Below the pieces are notes generated by a model that saw nothing but the letters and a program-made list of their open reading frames with translations, was not told the origin of the DNA and searched no databases. The position numbers were made by a program, and so were the translations under genes. A stretch of DNA of 64,000 nt, from contig CAWFRW010000021.1 in assembly GCA_963818295.1 (NCBI GenBank), forward strand, positions 1,794-65,793, given 5' to 3'. The DNA comes from an uncultured Bacteroidales bacterium. GTDB taxonomy: Bacteria > Bacteroidota > Bacteroidia > Bacteroidales > VadinHA17. Shown here piece by piece: positions 1 through 10,955 of the stretch. The stretch's first letter is position 1, and every line of letters starts with the position of its first letter.

Positions 1-621
1 GACATATGACTGTCAGAATTGCCGAGATCATCAATCCGTTTATATGGAGTGCTCGTAAAAAAATATGCAGTGAGCGGAATCAATCCTCCGACAATATATG
101 AAATACCTATTGTTGCAGCGCTGTTCCTGGCCCTGTTCACATCGGGCTTTTCAAGGCCCAGTTCATATTTCATCATGAAATCAACCCATTTATGCTTATC
201 TTTTGCCAGTTCATCTGCAATAATATTCTGTGTTGCCTGGTTCAGTCCATATTCCTCAAATATCACCCTTACCTCGCTCTTCTCTTTTTCTGGCAGATTT
301 TCAACTTCATCGTATTCCCTTTTCAGTTCTGACTGATAAGTGTTCCTGTTCTGTCTTTCCTGCAAGGTATCCGCCAAGTCCCATTGCAATGCTTCCTGCA
401 ACAATCTCAGCAATACCGGCTGTTATTACAACCGCATTGCTGTGAACTGCCCCGCTCAGACCTGCAGCAAGTGCAAATGGAACAGTCAGTCCGTCAGACA
501 TCCCGATAACAATATCAGTAATAAAAGCCGAGCTTCCCAGATGTTCTTCAAAATGAGTGTCTTGTATTAGCAGGTGCCAGATTCTGTATCCATGGTATTT
601 TTCTTTGTTTATTTTCATCAT
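1..621 (-). pseudogene. VIT1/CCC1-family iron/manganese transporter; 3' end runs off the window; frameshifted
   Basis: ORF 307..621 has the VIT-type core (GMSDGLTVPFALAAGLSGA..AGIAEIVAGSIAMGLGGYLAGK). My minus-strand translation below 338 continues in another frame (YQSELKREYDEVENLPEKEK...IGISYIVGGLIPL). Deleting one A of the AA at 338-339 restores EQEH-YQSELK. A second break lies near the A7 run at 57-63. Confidence 0.8.
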
Positions 622-648
622 TAGACTATTTCACAATTAATTAATATT

Positions 649-1297
649 TCACGTTTGTTTCTTTTTTAGCTCTTTCATCAGATCTTCAAGATAGTCAGTC
701 TGAATCTCCTGGATCTCAAGCAATTTCTTGTTCTGATTGACGATCATGTGATCAATTTTTTCACTTAACAGCTTTATTTCAAGCTCAGCCTTAAGATTTA
801 TTTTATAGTCATGTTCTGCTCTCTGTCTGTCTTTCTGTTCCTGCCTGTTCTGGCTCATCATTATTATCGGAGCCTGTATTGAAGCAAGACATGAAAGGAT
901 AAGATTCAGAAGTATGAATGGAAACGGATCGAATGGTTTAACTGTCAGCACCCAGATATTCACTCCTATCCAGAAGAAGAATAAAAGAAAAAAATGTTAT
1001 TATGAAGGTCCAGCTGCCACCAAAAGTAGCTATTCTGTCAGCCATTTTCTGACCAGCAGTAAGTTTTACCTCAATGTCGTCTTCTATATTCTCGGTGAGA
1101 ATGGAATTGTTCCTCAGTGCATTGATCACATCTTTGTCAATGGCATCGATTTCGCCTCTCTCCTGTTCAATAAGTGAGCTCAGATAGATCCTTCTGTAAT
1201 GATTTAGCTCATCCAGGGTGATTGAACAATCCTCAGCAAAATCGGGATGATCTTTTTTTATCAGCAGGTACAAACCTTCCCGTGATTTCAGATGCAT
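649..1297 (-). pseudogene. DUF1003-family membrane protein; one frameshift near 940-960
   Basis: ORFs 938..1297 and 649..963 together give the DUF1003 pattern: ADRIATFGGSWTFII..., then FDPFPFILLNLILSCLASIQAPIIMMSQNRQEQKDRQRAEHDYKINLKAELEI. Confidence 0.75.
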
Positions 1298-1392
1298 GTA
1301 CTGCCTCTCCTTTTTTGATCTCTTTTTTTGTAATGCAACTTATCATATTCAGTTGAATTTTGGCTATTAAGTTTTAAACTAATAAATAACAT

Positions 1393-2968
1393 CTATTTTG
1401 GCAGAAATGATTTTGCCAGAGCATCGCTGTCTTTATACTTCTTCATTAAATCAGCAAGCCGTCTGTGAAGATCTGTTCTGACTGAGGAGTACGAAGGGTC
1501 GTTGTAGACATTCTTCATCTCCAGCGGATCAGTCTTCAAGATCAAATAGTTCCCATTCATCAATATCATAATAATAATGTATCAGTTTATACCTTTCAGT
1601 GCTTATGCCATAATGGCGTTTAACCATATGCGAACCCGGGTATTCATAATAATGGTAGTAATGCTCTTTTCTCCAGTCTGAGGGTGTATTACCTTTCAGA
1701 ATATCGGAACCATGCTCCTTCCCTGCATATCGGCTGGCACTTCAACTCCTGCCATTTCAAGGAATGTTTCAGCAAGATCAATATTTGAGACCATATCGTT
1801 ATTTACACTTCCGGCCTGAGTAATCCCCGGCCATTGAATAAGCAAAGGTGTCCGGTATGATTCTTCAAACATCCATCTTTTATCAAACCATCCATGTTCT
1901 CCAAGATAGAAACCCTGGTCGGATGCATATATTACAATTGTATTCTTATCAAGTCCGTTTTCTTTAAGAAAATCCAGAACCTCTCCGACACTTTTATCAA
2001 CTGCTGCAATGCAGGCCAGGTAATCCTGAAGATATCGCTGGTATTTAAAGCGTACAAGCTCATTTCCTTTAAGTCCGGATTCATAAAATTGCTTGATTAT
2101 AGGATCATAAACTTTATCCCAGGCTTTCAGCTTGTTCAGGATTCATCCGGCCGAGTCCGGTCTGATTCATTTTGGACTTGATCCTTGTACATCTTAAGAT
2201 CCTCTTCGAGTCTCATAGTCTTTTCAATTGTCATATCCTGTGTTTTCTCAGCAGTTCCCCTGCCGGAATAGTCATCAAAAAGTGTTGAAGGCTCAGGAAA
2301 AGTGACATTTTTATAAAGACTAAGTTCATGTGGTCCAGGCTGCCACTCACGGTGAGGTGCTTTATGGTGCATCATAAGCATGAAGGGCTTTCCAGCGTTC
2401 ATTAGCCTCATTCATCCATTTAATGGATTTTTCGGTTATTATTTCAGTTACATAACCTTTCTCGGTGTGTGTGCCATCTTTATTTATGAAATCAGGATTA
2501 TAATAATCTCCCTGACCGGGAAGTATTTCCCAATGATCAAAGCCTGTTGGGTCAGATCCAAGGTGCCATTTTCCAATTATTGCAGTGTTATAGCCTGCTT
2601 TCTGAAGCAATTTTGGAAAAGTCTGTCTGGCTGCCGTCGAATGGAGCCTGATCCTCATTTGTCACAAATCCATTCAGATGGCTGTACTTGCCTGTAAGTA
2701 CAACTGCCCTGCATGGTCCTGATATTGAATTTGTTACAAGACATCTGTTGAACCGCATGCCGCTGGCAGCAATCCTGTCAATATTTGGTGTCGGGGCATA
2801 ATCTTTCAGAGACCCGCCATATGCGCTTATTGCCTGATAAGCATGGTCATCACTCATTATGTAAACAATATTCGGCCGGCGCATGGCTTGTCTTTTGAGA
2901 ATAGATCATTGGTGCGATAGCAGTCAGTCCAAGAGTGGCTGCTATCTTTAAGTTTTGGATGCCGTACA
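1393..2968 (-). pseudogene. Sulfatase (N-sulfoglucosamine/GlcNAc-6-sulfatase-like); at least 5 frame breaks
   Basis: Signal-peptide start at 2968 (MYGIQNLKIAATLGLTAIAP). ORFs 2588..2884, 2362..2658 and 2136..2411 carry IVYIMSDDH, the active-site stretch NSISGPCRAVVLTGKY, and GKWHLG. My translation of 1393..2135 continues ([15 protein letters not shown]...[21 protein letters not shown]...LPK stop at 1393). Confidence 0.8.
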
Positions 2969-2978
2969 TAAAAATTAT

Positions 2979-4454
2979 TTAACTATTATACCTGCTTTGC
3001 GTCTTCCGGAGCCACGGATTGCCCGTAATATCATCCCCAAGGTCCTTTCTTGCTTCTTCTGCAAGCGCTTCAAGCTCCTTGACTTTTTCAGGGTATGATT
3101 CAGATACATCATACCATTCACCCGGGTCCCTTCGCAAATCATAAAGCTGTTTGGTTTGTATTGTTTCCGAGCCTGTAGGTCCTGGCCAGCCATCTTTTCC
3201 CGGTTTATGGAACCTGTAAGCCTGATAGCTGGTATGAGGCAATACAAGTTTCCAGTAGTCCTGCTGAACTGCCTCGAGACTGTTCTCCTGATAGTAGTAT
3301 AATAAATTATGCCGCGGTGCTGCATCCTTGTCTCCTATTAATAGTGAAAGTATGCTGACACCATCAATTTTCTTCTCAGGAAGAGGCGCTCCGGTTATCG
3401 CTGCAAGTGTAGGCAAGATATCTATTGAACCCGACAATTTATTGCAAATTTCACCGGCAGGTATTATACCCGGCCATCTCATCAGGCATGGAACCCGTTG
3501 TCCTCCTTCCCAGTTGAGCCTTTTCCTTCACGCAGGCCACCTGTTGTTCCGGCATGATTGCCAAAATTAAGCCAGGGTCCGTTATCGCTTGTAAATATTA
3601 CAAGGGTATTTTTATCCAGACCATTTTTTTCAAGAGCTTTCATTATCTCTCCCACCGACCAGTCCACCTCCATCATTACATCGCCAAACATCCCCTGTTT
3701 GCTTTTTCCCCTGAATTTATCAGAAACACCAAGTGGAACATGTACCATTGAATGAGGAAGATACAGAAAGAAAGGTTCCTTTCGGTGCTGTTCAATGAAT
3801 CTGACAGCACGTTCAGTATAGGTTGTGGTGAGCTTATCCTGATCAGAAAGTGTTCTCACCTCTCCTACTTTTTCATTGCCCTCAATCAGTGGCAGTACCG
3901 GGAAACGCATCTTTATGCTTGAAGTATCCTTTTCTGCAATAGGTATGCCATCATAATCAACAGGCCACATGTCATTCGAATATGGAAGTCCGTAATATTC
4001 ATCGAAACCATGCTGTAGCGGCAAAAATTCCCGCTGATGGCCAAGATGCCATTTACCAATAATTCCGGTATGATATCCTTTTGTTTTCAGCATTTCAGCA
4101 ATGGTGGTCTCTTCACTGTTTATACCCACTCTCAGACCATGGCATCAGGGCACCATGTATACCTACCCTGTTTGGATAACAGCCTGTTAACAATCCTGCA
4201 CGTGAGGCGCTGCTCACAGCCTGTGGTGTATAATACCATGTAAACTGCATGCCCTGACATGCGAGACGGTTCAGGTTTGGCGTATCGTACTGATTGGCTC
4301 CGGTCCTTCCAATATCACCATAACCCATGTCATCCATTAAAATCAATACAATATTCGGGGTACACTGCTTAAATGCAGGCGTTTTCTGGGCAGTGGCGCT
4401 CATTGTTACAAAAGAAGCCACGCTTATGCCCAATGCCGATTTTAAATCTATCAT
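2979..4454 (-). pseudogene. Arylsulfatase A-like sulfatase; two frame breaks (near 3482 and 4120)
   Basis: Three consecutive minus-strand ORFs: 4113..4454 (signal peptide, ILMDDMGYGD, AVSSASRAGLLTGCYPNRVG), 3482..4129 (GKWHLGH, TSDNGPW) and 2979..3482 (LYDLRRDPGEW). Confidence 0.85.
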
Positions 4455-4557
4455 ATTTTTTAGTTTACAGATTCAGAACCTTGTTCTGCCGTCATTTTTT
4501 ATCTTTGCAAGCAGGTCTGACAACTCTTTTACAAGATCAGGGTTGTGTCTGGCTACA

Positions 4558-5997
4558 TTAAATTTCTCCGCCCATATCACTGTTCATATTATAAAGCTGG
4601 GGAGCAGTATCGTTTCCGGTTTCTGTATTTGTGTTAATCTGCAGTCTGGGACCAGGACCAGGTTCAATAAACTTCCAGTCACCGCTGATGATGGATAATC
4701 TTCCTGAATGTTCAACAAGCCAGTCGCGGCCCTTTCCTGTCCTTCCAAGAAGGGCTTCTAACTGGTTAAAGCTGTCAGTGCCATCATTTTGGGAGAGTTG
4801 TTGTCCGGTAAGACTGGCAAAAGAAGCCATCATATCAATCTGACTCATAAGAGCATTTGATACTCCGGGGATTATCTTTCCTTTCCATTTTGCTACAAAT
4901 ATTACCCTGGTCCCCCCGTCAAAAAGGCTGTACTTGCCGCCTCTCAACGGCCCTGCAGGCGAATGGCCTTTCAGCAGTTCAACAGCTTTGTCCTTGTATC
5001 CGTCGTCAACAACAGGCCCGTTATCACTCGTAACTATTATAAGTGTGTTTTCAGATAAATTCAGGCTATCGATTTTATCCATTATCTGACCGACGCTCCA
5101 GTCAAATTCCATTATTACATCTCCTCTGGCTCCCATTCCGCTTTTTCCTGCGAACCTCGGACCAGGAACTCTTGGAACATGAATATCGTGGGTTGAAAAG
5201 TACAGAAAGAAGGGTTTATGCCTGTTATTCTCAATGAATTTAACAGCCCTGGCGGTAAGTACTTCGGCAATATTCTCATCCACCCACCTGGCTGATTTTC
5301 CCCCACTCATGTATCCTATTCTGCTTATTCCATTGACAATTGTCATGTCATGCCCGTGGCTGGGATGCAGCTTCAGCAGTTCAGGATGGTCCTTGCCGGT
5401 TGGTTCTGAAAGAATGGGTTTATCGAAACTTACTGTGATAGGGTCTGCAGGATCGAGATTTACAACCCTCCTGTTCTCAACGAATACACACGGAACTCTG
5501 TCTCCCGTTGCGGGAATTATGAAATTATAATCAAAACCTATATCCATTGGTCCTGAGGATATTTCACCATTCCAGTCAGCCCCTGTGGCAGGACCAAGGC
5601 CCAGATGCCATTTTCCGACCACCCCGGTGGCATAGCCGGCTTTCTTCAGAACTGATGCAATTGTTGTTCGTCCGGGGAGGATAATTGCAGGTGCATCACC
5701 TGTAAGAATTCCTGTCCCGGTTTTACGCCAGGCATATTCACCGGTGAGCAGCGAATACCGCGATGGTGTGCAGGTAGAAGATGTGCAGTGGGCATTTGTG
5801 AAACGCAAGCCCTGCAACGCAAGCCTGTCAATATTAGGAGTTGTTACCCTTGTTGCACCATAACAGCTTACATCACCATATCCAAGATCATCGGCGTATA
5901 TCAGGACTATGTTCGGAAGCGGATCTTTGTTACTGCACGAGACAGATGCCAAAAGCACAAAGGCTGGTAAGAGGCTGATAAAAAAACTGTTTTTCAT
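4558..5997 (-). CDS. Arylsulfatase, intact; Cys-type FGly motif; signal peptide
   Basis: 479-aa uninterrupted ORF. Contains IYADDLGYGD, SSTCTPSRYSLLTGEY (C-x-P-x-R), GKWHLG, TSDNGP, and an N-terminal lipoprotein-like signal (LLASVSCS). Confidence 0.9.
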   Translation of the reverse strand: MKNSFFISLLPAFVLLASVSCSNKDPLPNIVLIYADDLGYGDVSCYGATRVTTPNIDRLALQGLRFTNAHCTSSTCTPSRYSLLTGEYAWRKTGTGILTGDAPAIILPGRTTIASVLKKAGYATGVVGKWHLGLGPATGADWNGEISSGPMDIGFDYNFIIPATGDRVPCVFVENRRVVNLDPADPITVSFDKPILSEPTGKDHPELLKLHPSHGHDMTIVNGISRIGYMSGGKSARWVDENIAEVLTARAVKFIENNRHKPFFLYFSTHDIHVPRVPGPRFAGKSGMGARGDVIMEFDWSVGQIMDKIDSLNLSENTLIIVTSDNGPVVDDGYKDKAVELLKGHSPAGPLRGGKYSLFDGGTRVIFVAKWKGKIIPGVSNALMSQIDMMASFASLTGQQLSQNDGTDSFNQLEALLGRTGKGRDWLVEHSGRLSIISGDWKFIEPGPGPRLQINTNTETGNDTAPQLYNMNSDMGGEI

Positions 5998-6092
5998 TTT
6001 AAGTTTTAACTCGAATACCGGGCAGAATTATTTTTCTGCGGATAGCCTAAAATTAAAACTTTAAAACGAAAAACAGTTCGTGTATCTGATTA

Positions 6093-7757
6093 TTAATATG
6101 AATCATTATGAACACTTTTTACAGCTCTGCCTGACGGATCGATCATGTTCTTGAAAGAGGCATCCCAGGCTATTGCTTCCGGGGTGCTGCAGGCAACTGA
6201 AGGAACCGATGGTACACATGATGCCGCAGAATCAGATGGAAAATGCTCAGTGAAAATGGATCTGTAAAAGTACTCCTCCTTAGACATTGGAGGATTGATC
6301 GGGAACCTGTATTTTGCATTTGCCAGCTGTTCATCTGTCACCTCTCTGGCTGTCAGGGCCCGTAGTGTGTCTATCCAGTTATATCCTACTCCGTCTGAAA
6401 ACTGTTCCTTCTGTCTCCAGGCTACACTGGCTGGAAGGTAGTCCTCGAATGCTTTTCTCAGAACCCATTTTTCCATCTTCTCCTTTGTAATCATCTTGTC
6501 CTTTGGGTTGAGACGCATTGCGACATCCATAAATTCCTTGTCGAGAAAAGGCACACGTCCTTCCACTCCCCAGGCTGCCAGTGATTTGTTTGCACGCAGG
6601 CAATCGTAAAGATGAAGTTTGCTTATCTTCCTTACAGTCTCTTCATGAAAAGACCGGGCATCCGGAGCCTTGTGAAAATAGAGGTATCCTCCGAATATCT
6701 CATCTGCTCCCTCACCCGAAAGAACCATCTTCACTCCCATTGATTTAATAACCCGTGCAAGAAGGTACATGGGTGTTGATGCTCTTATCGTTGTAACATC
6801 GTATGTTTCAATGTGATAGATTACATCCCTGATTGCATCAAGTCCCTCCTGAACAGTAAAATTAATTTCATGATGAATAGTGCCAATATGATCAGCAACC
6901 TTCCTGGCAGCTGCAAGGTCGGGCGAACCTTCAAGTCCGACAGCAAAGGAGTGCAGCTGTGGCCACCAGGCTGCTGTTTTATCTTCTGATTCTATTCTTC
7001 TTGGTGCAAATTTCTTTGCAATTGCTGAAACTATCGAGGAATCGAGACCGCCAGACAGAAGAACTCCATACGGCACATCCGACATTAACTGACGGTGAAC
7101 GGCAGCCTCGAGAGCATTTTTCAGATCGTCAATACTTGTCTCATTCTTCTCAACTGCTGAATATTCCATCCAGTCTCGTTTATACCATGGGGTCATTACT
7201 CCCTCCTTGCTGTACAGATAATGACCCGGAAGAAATTCCTGGATCTTGTTGCACACCCCTTCAAGGGCCTTCAGCTCAGATGCCACATAGAAATTCCCAA
7301 ATTTATCCCATCCTATATAAAGAGGAATAATCCCTATGTGATCACGGGCAATAAAATAGCAATCCTTCTCCCTGTCGTACAAGGCAAAGGCAAAGATCCC
7401 GTTTAGTTCCTCAATGAAAGCGGGCCCCTTATCCCTGTAAAGCGGCAGGATGACTTCACAGTCAGAATGTGTTAGAAACTCATATGAATCTTCATAGCGC
7501 TTGCGTATATCCTGATGGTTATAAATTTCACCGTTTATTGTAAGTATCAGATTTTTATCTTTACTGTATAAGGGCTGTTTCCCTGACTGCGGATCGACAA
7601 TCGATAACCTTTCATGAGCAAGAATGGCTTTCTCACAATAAAATATACCAGACCAGTCGGGTCCGCGATGCCTTATTCTTTTTGACATTTTGAGTACACC
7701 TTCCCTTAGATCCATATGGCTGGTTTTCAGATCAAAAACACCTACAATTCCACACAT
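6093..7757 (-). CDS. asnB: Asparagine synthase B (glutamine-hydrolysing)
   Basis: 554-aa intact ORF starting MCGIVG (N-terminal Cys nucleophile). Has the PP-loop SGGLDSS and full-length colinearity with AsnB-type sequences. Confidence 0.95.
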   Translation of the reverse strand: MCGIVGVFDLKTSHMDLREGVLKMSKRIRHRGPDWSGIFYCEKAILAHERLSIVDPQSGKQPLYSKDKNLILTINGEIYNHQDIRKRYEDSYEFLTHSDCEVILPLYRDKGPAFIEELNGIFAFALYDREKDCYFIARDHIGIIPLYIGWDKFGNFYVASELKALEGVCNKIQEFLPGHYLYSKEGVMTPWYKRDWMEYSAVEKNETSIDDLKNALEAAVHRQLMSDVPYGVLLSGGLDSSIVSAIAKKFAPRRIESEDKTAAWWPQLHSFAVGLEGSPDLAAARKVADHIGTIHHEINFTVQEGLDAIRDVIYHIETYDVTTIRASTPMYLLARVIKSMGVKMVLSGEGADEIFGGYLYFHKAPDARSFHEETVRKISKLHLYDCLRANKSLAAWGVEGRVPFLDKEFMDVAMRLNPKDKMITKEKMEKWVLRKAFEDYLPASVAWRQKEQFSDGVGYNWIDTLRALTAREVTDEQLANAKYRFPINPPMSKEEYFYRSIFTEHFPSDSAASCVPSVPSVACSTPEAIAWDASFKNMIDPSGRAVKSVHNDSY

Positions 7758-7990
7758 AAAAAAGTTTTTTTGAGTATAAATTATTAATACAGGTTCAAAT
7801 TTCAGGCAGCAAATCTAATAATAAAATTGAAATAAAATATACAAATTGATATTATTTATATCTAAATGCAAATAATATATAAGTTATATTGCCGTTTTAA
7901 TAGAAAATATATACTTATTATATTGTTTTTAATTAATTTATTAACATAATGAATGACGGATACGGAGTCTGAAGACTGCAGTTTAGATGC

Positions 7991-8031
7991 GGCGAAGTCG
8001 GGAGACTTCGCCGAACAAGTTAGACTTCGCC
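7991..8031. repeat. GC-rich palindromic element: perfect 9-bp hairpin plus a third arm copy
   Basis: GGCGAAGTC (7991-7999), GGGA, GACTTCGCC (8004-8012), and a further GACTTCGCC at 8023-8031. It sits in the AT-rich divergent intergenic region between asnB and the first propeller gene. Confidence 0.5.
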
Positions 8032-8154
8032 TGATTCGATCATGAACGATCAGTTGTTAAAAATTATTAATTTATGTGTTGACAAAGCTATTAATTGTCA
8101 TCTCTATTCCTCAGTCATTCATGAATTTTCTATATTGCGTTCCTTAAAGAAAAT

Positions 8155-9411
8155 GTGATTTTTAGTATGGATTATTTACGGTCATTACTTGCAACAGGAA
8201 TAATTTTTTTATCAATGACTCCTTCCGGAGCGCAAAAACCTTATGGATGGCTGGGGCCAGACCGGTCAGGCATTTATCAGGAAACAGGATTGCTGAAGGT
8301 ATGGCCAAAAGCCGGCCCTGCACTGCTATGGGAAACAACTGACATTGGCTCAGGCTACTCAAGCGTGACAGTTACAGAAGACGCAATCTATATAACCGGC
8401 AGACGGGGCGAAAATGATATCCTGACAGCTTTCACCCAGGATGGCAGAAAGAAGTGGGATGTGATCTATGGAAAAGCCTCCGACAGCAATTACCCCGACA
8501 GCAGGGGAACAGCGACAGTATCGGGAGGCAGGCTGTTTCTTGTAAGCGGCATGGGCGATCTTGTTTGTATCAGCAAGGATGGCAAGATAATCTGGTCGGT
8601 AAATTATTCAACAAAGTACAAGGGAGTAACACCTGATTTTGGAATATCTGAATGCCCGCTTGTTGTGGGAAACAAGGTTATTGCAACTCCCGGTGGAAAG
8701 ATAGCTGCAATGGCTGCCTTCAATACTGAAAATGGAAATCTTATCTGGGAGACTCCCTCCATCGGGGATGTAACACAATACGTAAATCCGGTTCTTATTG
8801 AGTCGGGAGGTAAAAAACTGATTGTGACTCTGTCAGCGAAATATGTCTTTGCAGTTGATGCAAATACGGGCAAATTGCAGTGGAAATTCGATTATATGGC
8901 CGAGTGCACGGCTCCCGAGTGGAGATTTGCCCATATAAACACACCTATCTTCCGTGATGGCTGTTTATTTATTTCAAGCGGATACGATAAGTATGCAATT
9001 AAGCTGAAATTGAATCCTGACGGCTCTTCACCCGTTGTTGTATGGAAGAATGAAGAACTGGATCCTCATGTAGGCGGGGCAATACTTCTTGGCGATTATG
9101 TATACGGTTCCAATTATGAGTCAAGTTCATACGGGAAATGGATGTGTGTAGACTGGAAGACAGGCAGAACTATGTGGAAAACAGATTGGTATACCAAAGG
9201 TTCGCTTATTGCAGCCGACGGGATGCTCTATTTTTATGAAGAGAAGAACGGACATGTCGGACTCGTCAGGCCGGGACCCGAAAAGCTTAATGTTGTGAGT
9301 GAATTCAAGATTGCAAAGGGGAATGGCCCCTACTGGGCGTATCCGGTGATTGATAAAGGAAGATTGTTTATCAGACATGGCAGTTATCTTGCCGTATTCT
9401 CAATAAAATAG
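8155..9411 (+). CDS. Secreted PQQ-like (BamB-like) beta-propeller repeat protein, paralog 1
   Basis: Intact ORF. The more likely start is the ATG at 8167 (MDYLRSLLATGIIFLSMTPSGAQ signal peptide). The N-terminal motif GWLGPDRSGIYQETGLLKVWPKAGPALLW closely parallels paralog 3. Repeated ...G.L.A.D..TGK..W blades are present. Confidence 0.8.
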   Translation: MIFSMDYLRSLLATGIIFLSMTPSGAQKPYGWLGPDRSGIYQETGLLKVWPKAGPALLWETTDIGSGYSSVTVTEDAIYITGRRGENDILTAFTQDGRKKWDVIYGKASDSNYPDSRGTATVSGGRLFLVSGMGDLVCISKDGKIIWSVNYSTKYKGVTPDFGISECPLVVGNKVIATPGGKIAAMAAFNTENGNLIWETPSIGDVTQYVNPVLIESGGKKLIVTLSAKYVFAVDANTGKLQWKFDYMAECTAPEWRFAHINTPIFRDGCLFISSGYDKYAIKLKLNPDGSSPVVVWKNEELDPHVGGAILLGDYVYGSNYESSSYGKWMCVDWKTGRTMWKTDWYTKGSLIAADGMLYFYEEKNGHVGLVRPGPEKLNVVSEFKIAKGNGPYWAYPVIDKGRLFIRHGSYLAVFSIK

Positions 9412-9501
9412 GTCTTCAATCCTGTTTATAAAGGAAACTATCTGCACCTTTGCAGCCATTTTCAGGATCGAAATTTTTATTGCAAAAATGAAATTTATTA
9501 A

Positions 9502-10942
9502 TTGGAAAAGAGAAAGATAATAATAATAAGTCTGTTTATTACAGGGTTTCTCAGCCTGCTTCTATGGTGGCTGGTTAGGGATCAGCCATTGATTGTATCG
9601 GAGAGAATTCCGGGAATGGATAATCGCCCCAAACAGGAACCACGTTCTGATTCAGTCATAATAGGACAATATTTTGACACCCTTGGTGCTTTTGATGAAT
9701 TGATGCCGGGCGATTGGCCAAGGTTCAGGGGAGCCGATTTTGATAATATAAACAAGGATATCACACCTCTTCGCGAAAAATGGGACACATCAGGACCAAA
9801 GATAATCTGGAGGACAACCGTTGGAGAAGGCTATGCAGGACCGGTTGTTCATAATGGCAGGGTCTATCTTCTGGACTATAATGAAAGAAAAAAAGCTGAT
9901 GTCCTCAGGTGTTTTTCCCTTGCCTCGGGCAAAGAGCTCTGGCGAAGATGGTATTACGTAGAGCTTAAGAGGAATCATGGTTATTCCAGGACAATTCCTG
10001 CAGTCACAGATAAATACATTGTTACTCTTGGTCCCAGATCACATGTAATGTGCCTTGATCCGATAACCGGCAATCTCCTGTGGAAAATTGACCTTGAACG
10101 TGAATATGGGATACCGGGAAAAGAGAAGGGCCGCATCACTCCTGATTTCTATTCCGGGCAATGCCCTCTGATCGATAACGAGGTTGCAGTGCTTGCTCCC
10201 GGAGGAAAGGCGCTTATGATAGGAGTGAGTTGCGCCACAGGAAAAGTCATCTGGAAGACTCCTAACAGAGACTCGCTGAGGATGTCACACGGCTCGGTCA
10301 TTCCAATGGTGCTGCACGGGAAGCGAATGTATGTTTATAATGCTGTCGGAGGTGTTTGCGGTGTCTCCGCTGAAGGAGATGACATTGGGAAACTGATGTG
10401 GCAGACAACGGAATGGAGCCCTGCGACAACGGCAGCCTCTCCCCTGTTCCTTGGCAATGATGAAATTGCCGTTTTTGGAAGTTACGGCGCGGGTGGCGCA
10501 AGATTAAAAATCAATTTCAGCGGATCTGAGTTTTCCGCCGTGCTTATGGAACAACATAAAGCCACAAACGGTATTGCAAGCGATCAGCAGACTCCTATTA
10601 TAACAGGTGATTTTATCTGGTGCCTGATGCCTGAGAATTCCGGTGCCGCTTAAAAAACAGCTCGTTTGTTACCACAGGTCAGATCTGCTCACCCCCGTTT
10701 GGTCAAGCGGAAAGGAAAACAGATTTGGACGGGGACTGGGACCATACATAATCAGCGGAGATAAGATGTATCTGCTTGATGATGATGCAAAACTATACCT
10801 TTTCAGGATCCAGGATAAGAGCATCACGCTGCTTGACAGTCATAAAATTATTAATGGCATCGAGGCCTGGGGGCCAATGGCAATTGCCGGACATTATCTC
10901 ATTATGAGGGATGCAAGAAATCTGTTATGCCTTGATATTTGA
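9502..10942 (+). pseudogene. PQQ-like beta-propeller protein, paralog 2, with N-terminal TM anchor; one frame break near 10640-10650
   Basis: ORFs 9502..10653 and 10643..10942 are colinear with a propeller (WPRFRGADFDN..., CLDPITGNLLWKI, ...LIMRDARNLLCLDI). TTG start with the hydrophobic N-terminus IIIISLFITGFLSLLLWWL. Confidence 0.75.
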
Positions 10943-10955
10943 AAAATTCAATTAT

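Noticed and set aside
8081-8112. A sigma70-type promoter (TTGACA at 8081-8086) for the propeller cluster
   Set aside because: There is no convincing -10 element at 17 +/- 1 nt. Bacteroidota housekeeping promoters use a different consensus (TTTG at -33, TAnnTTTG at -7), and I could not find a clean match here. I left it unannotated.
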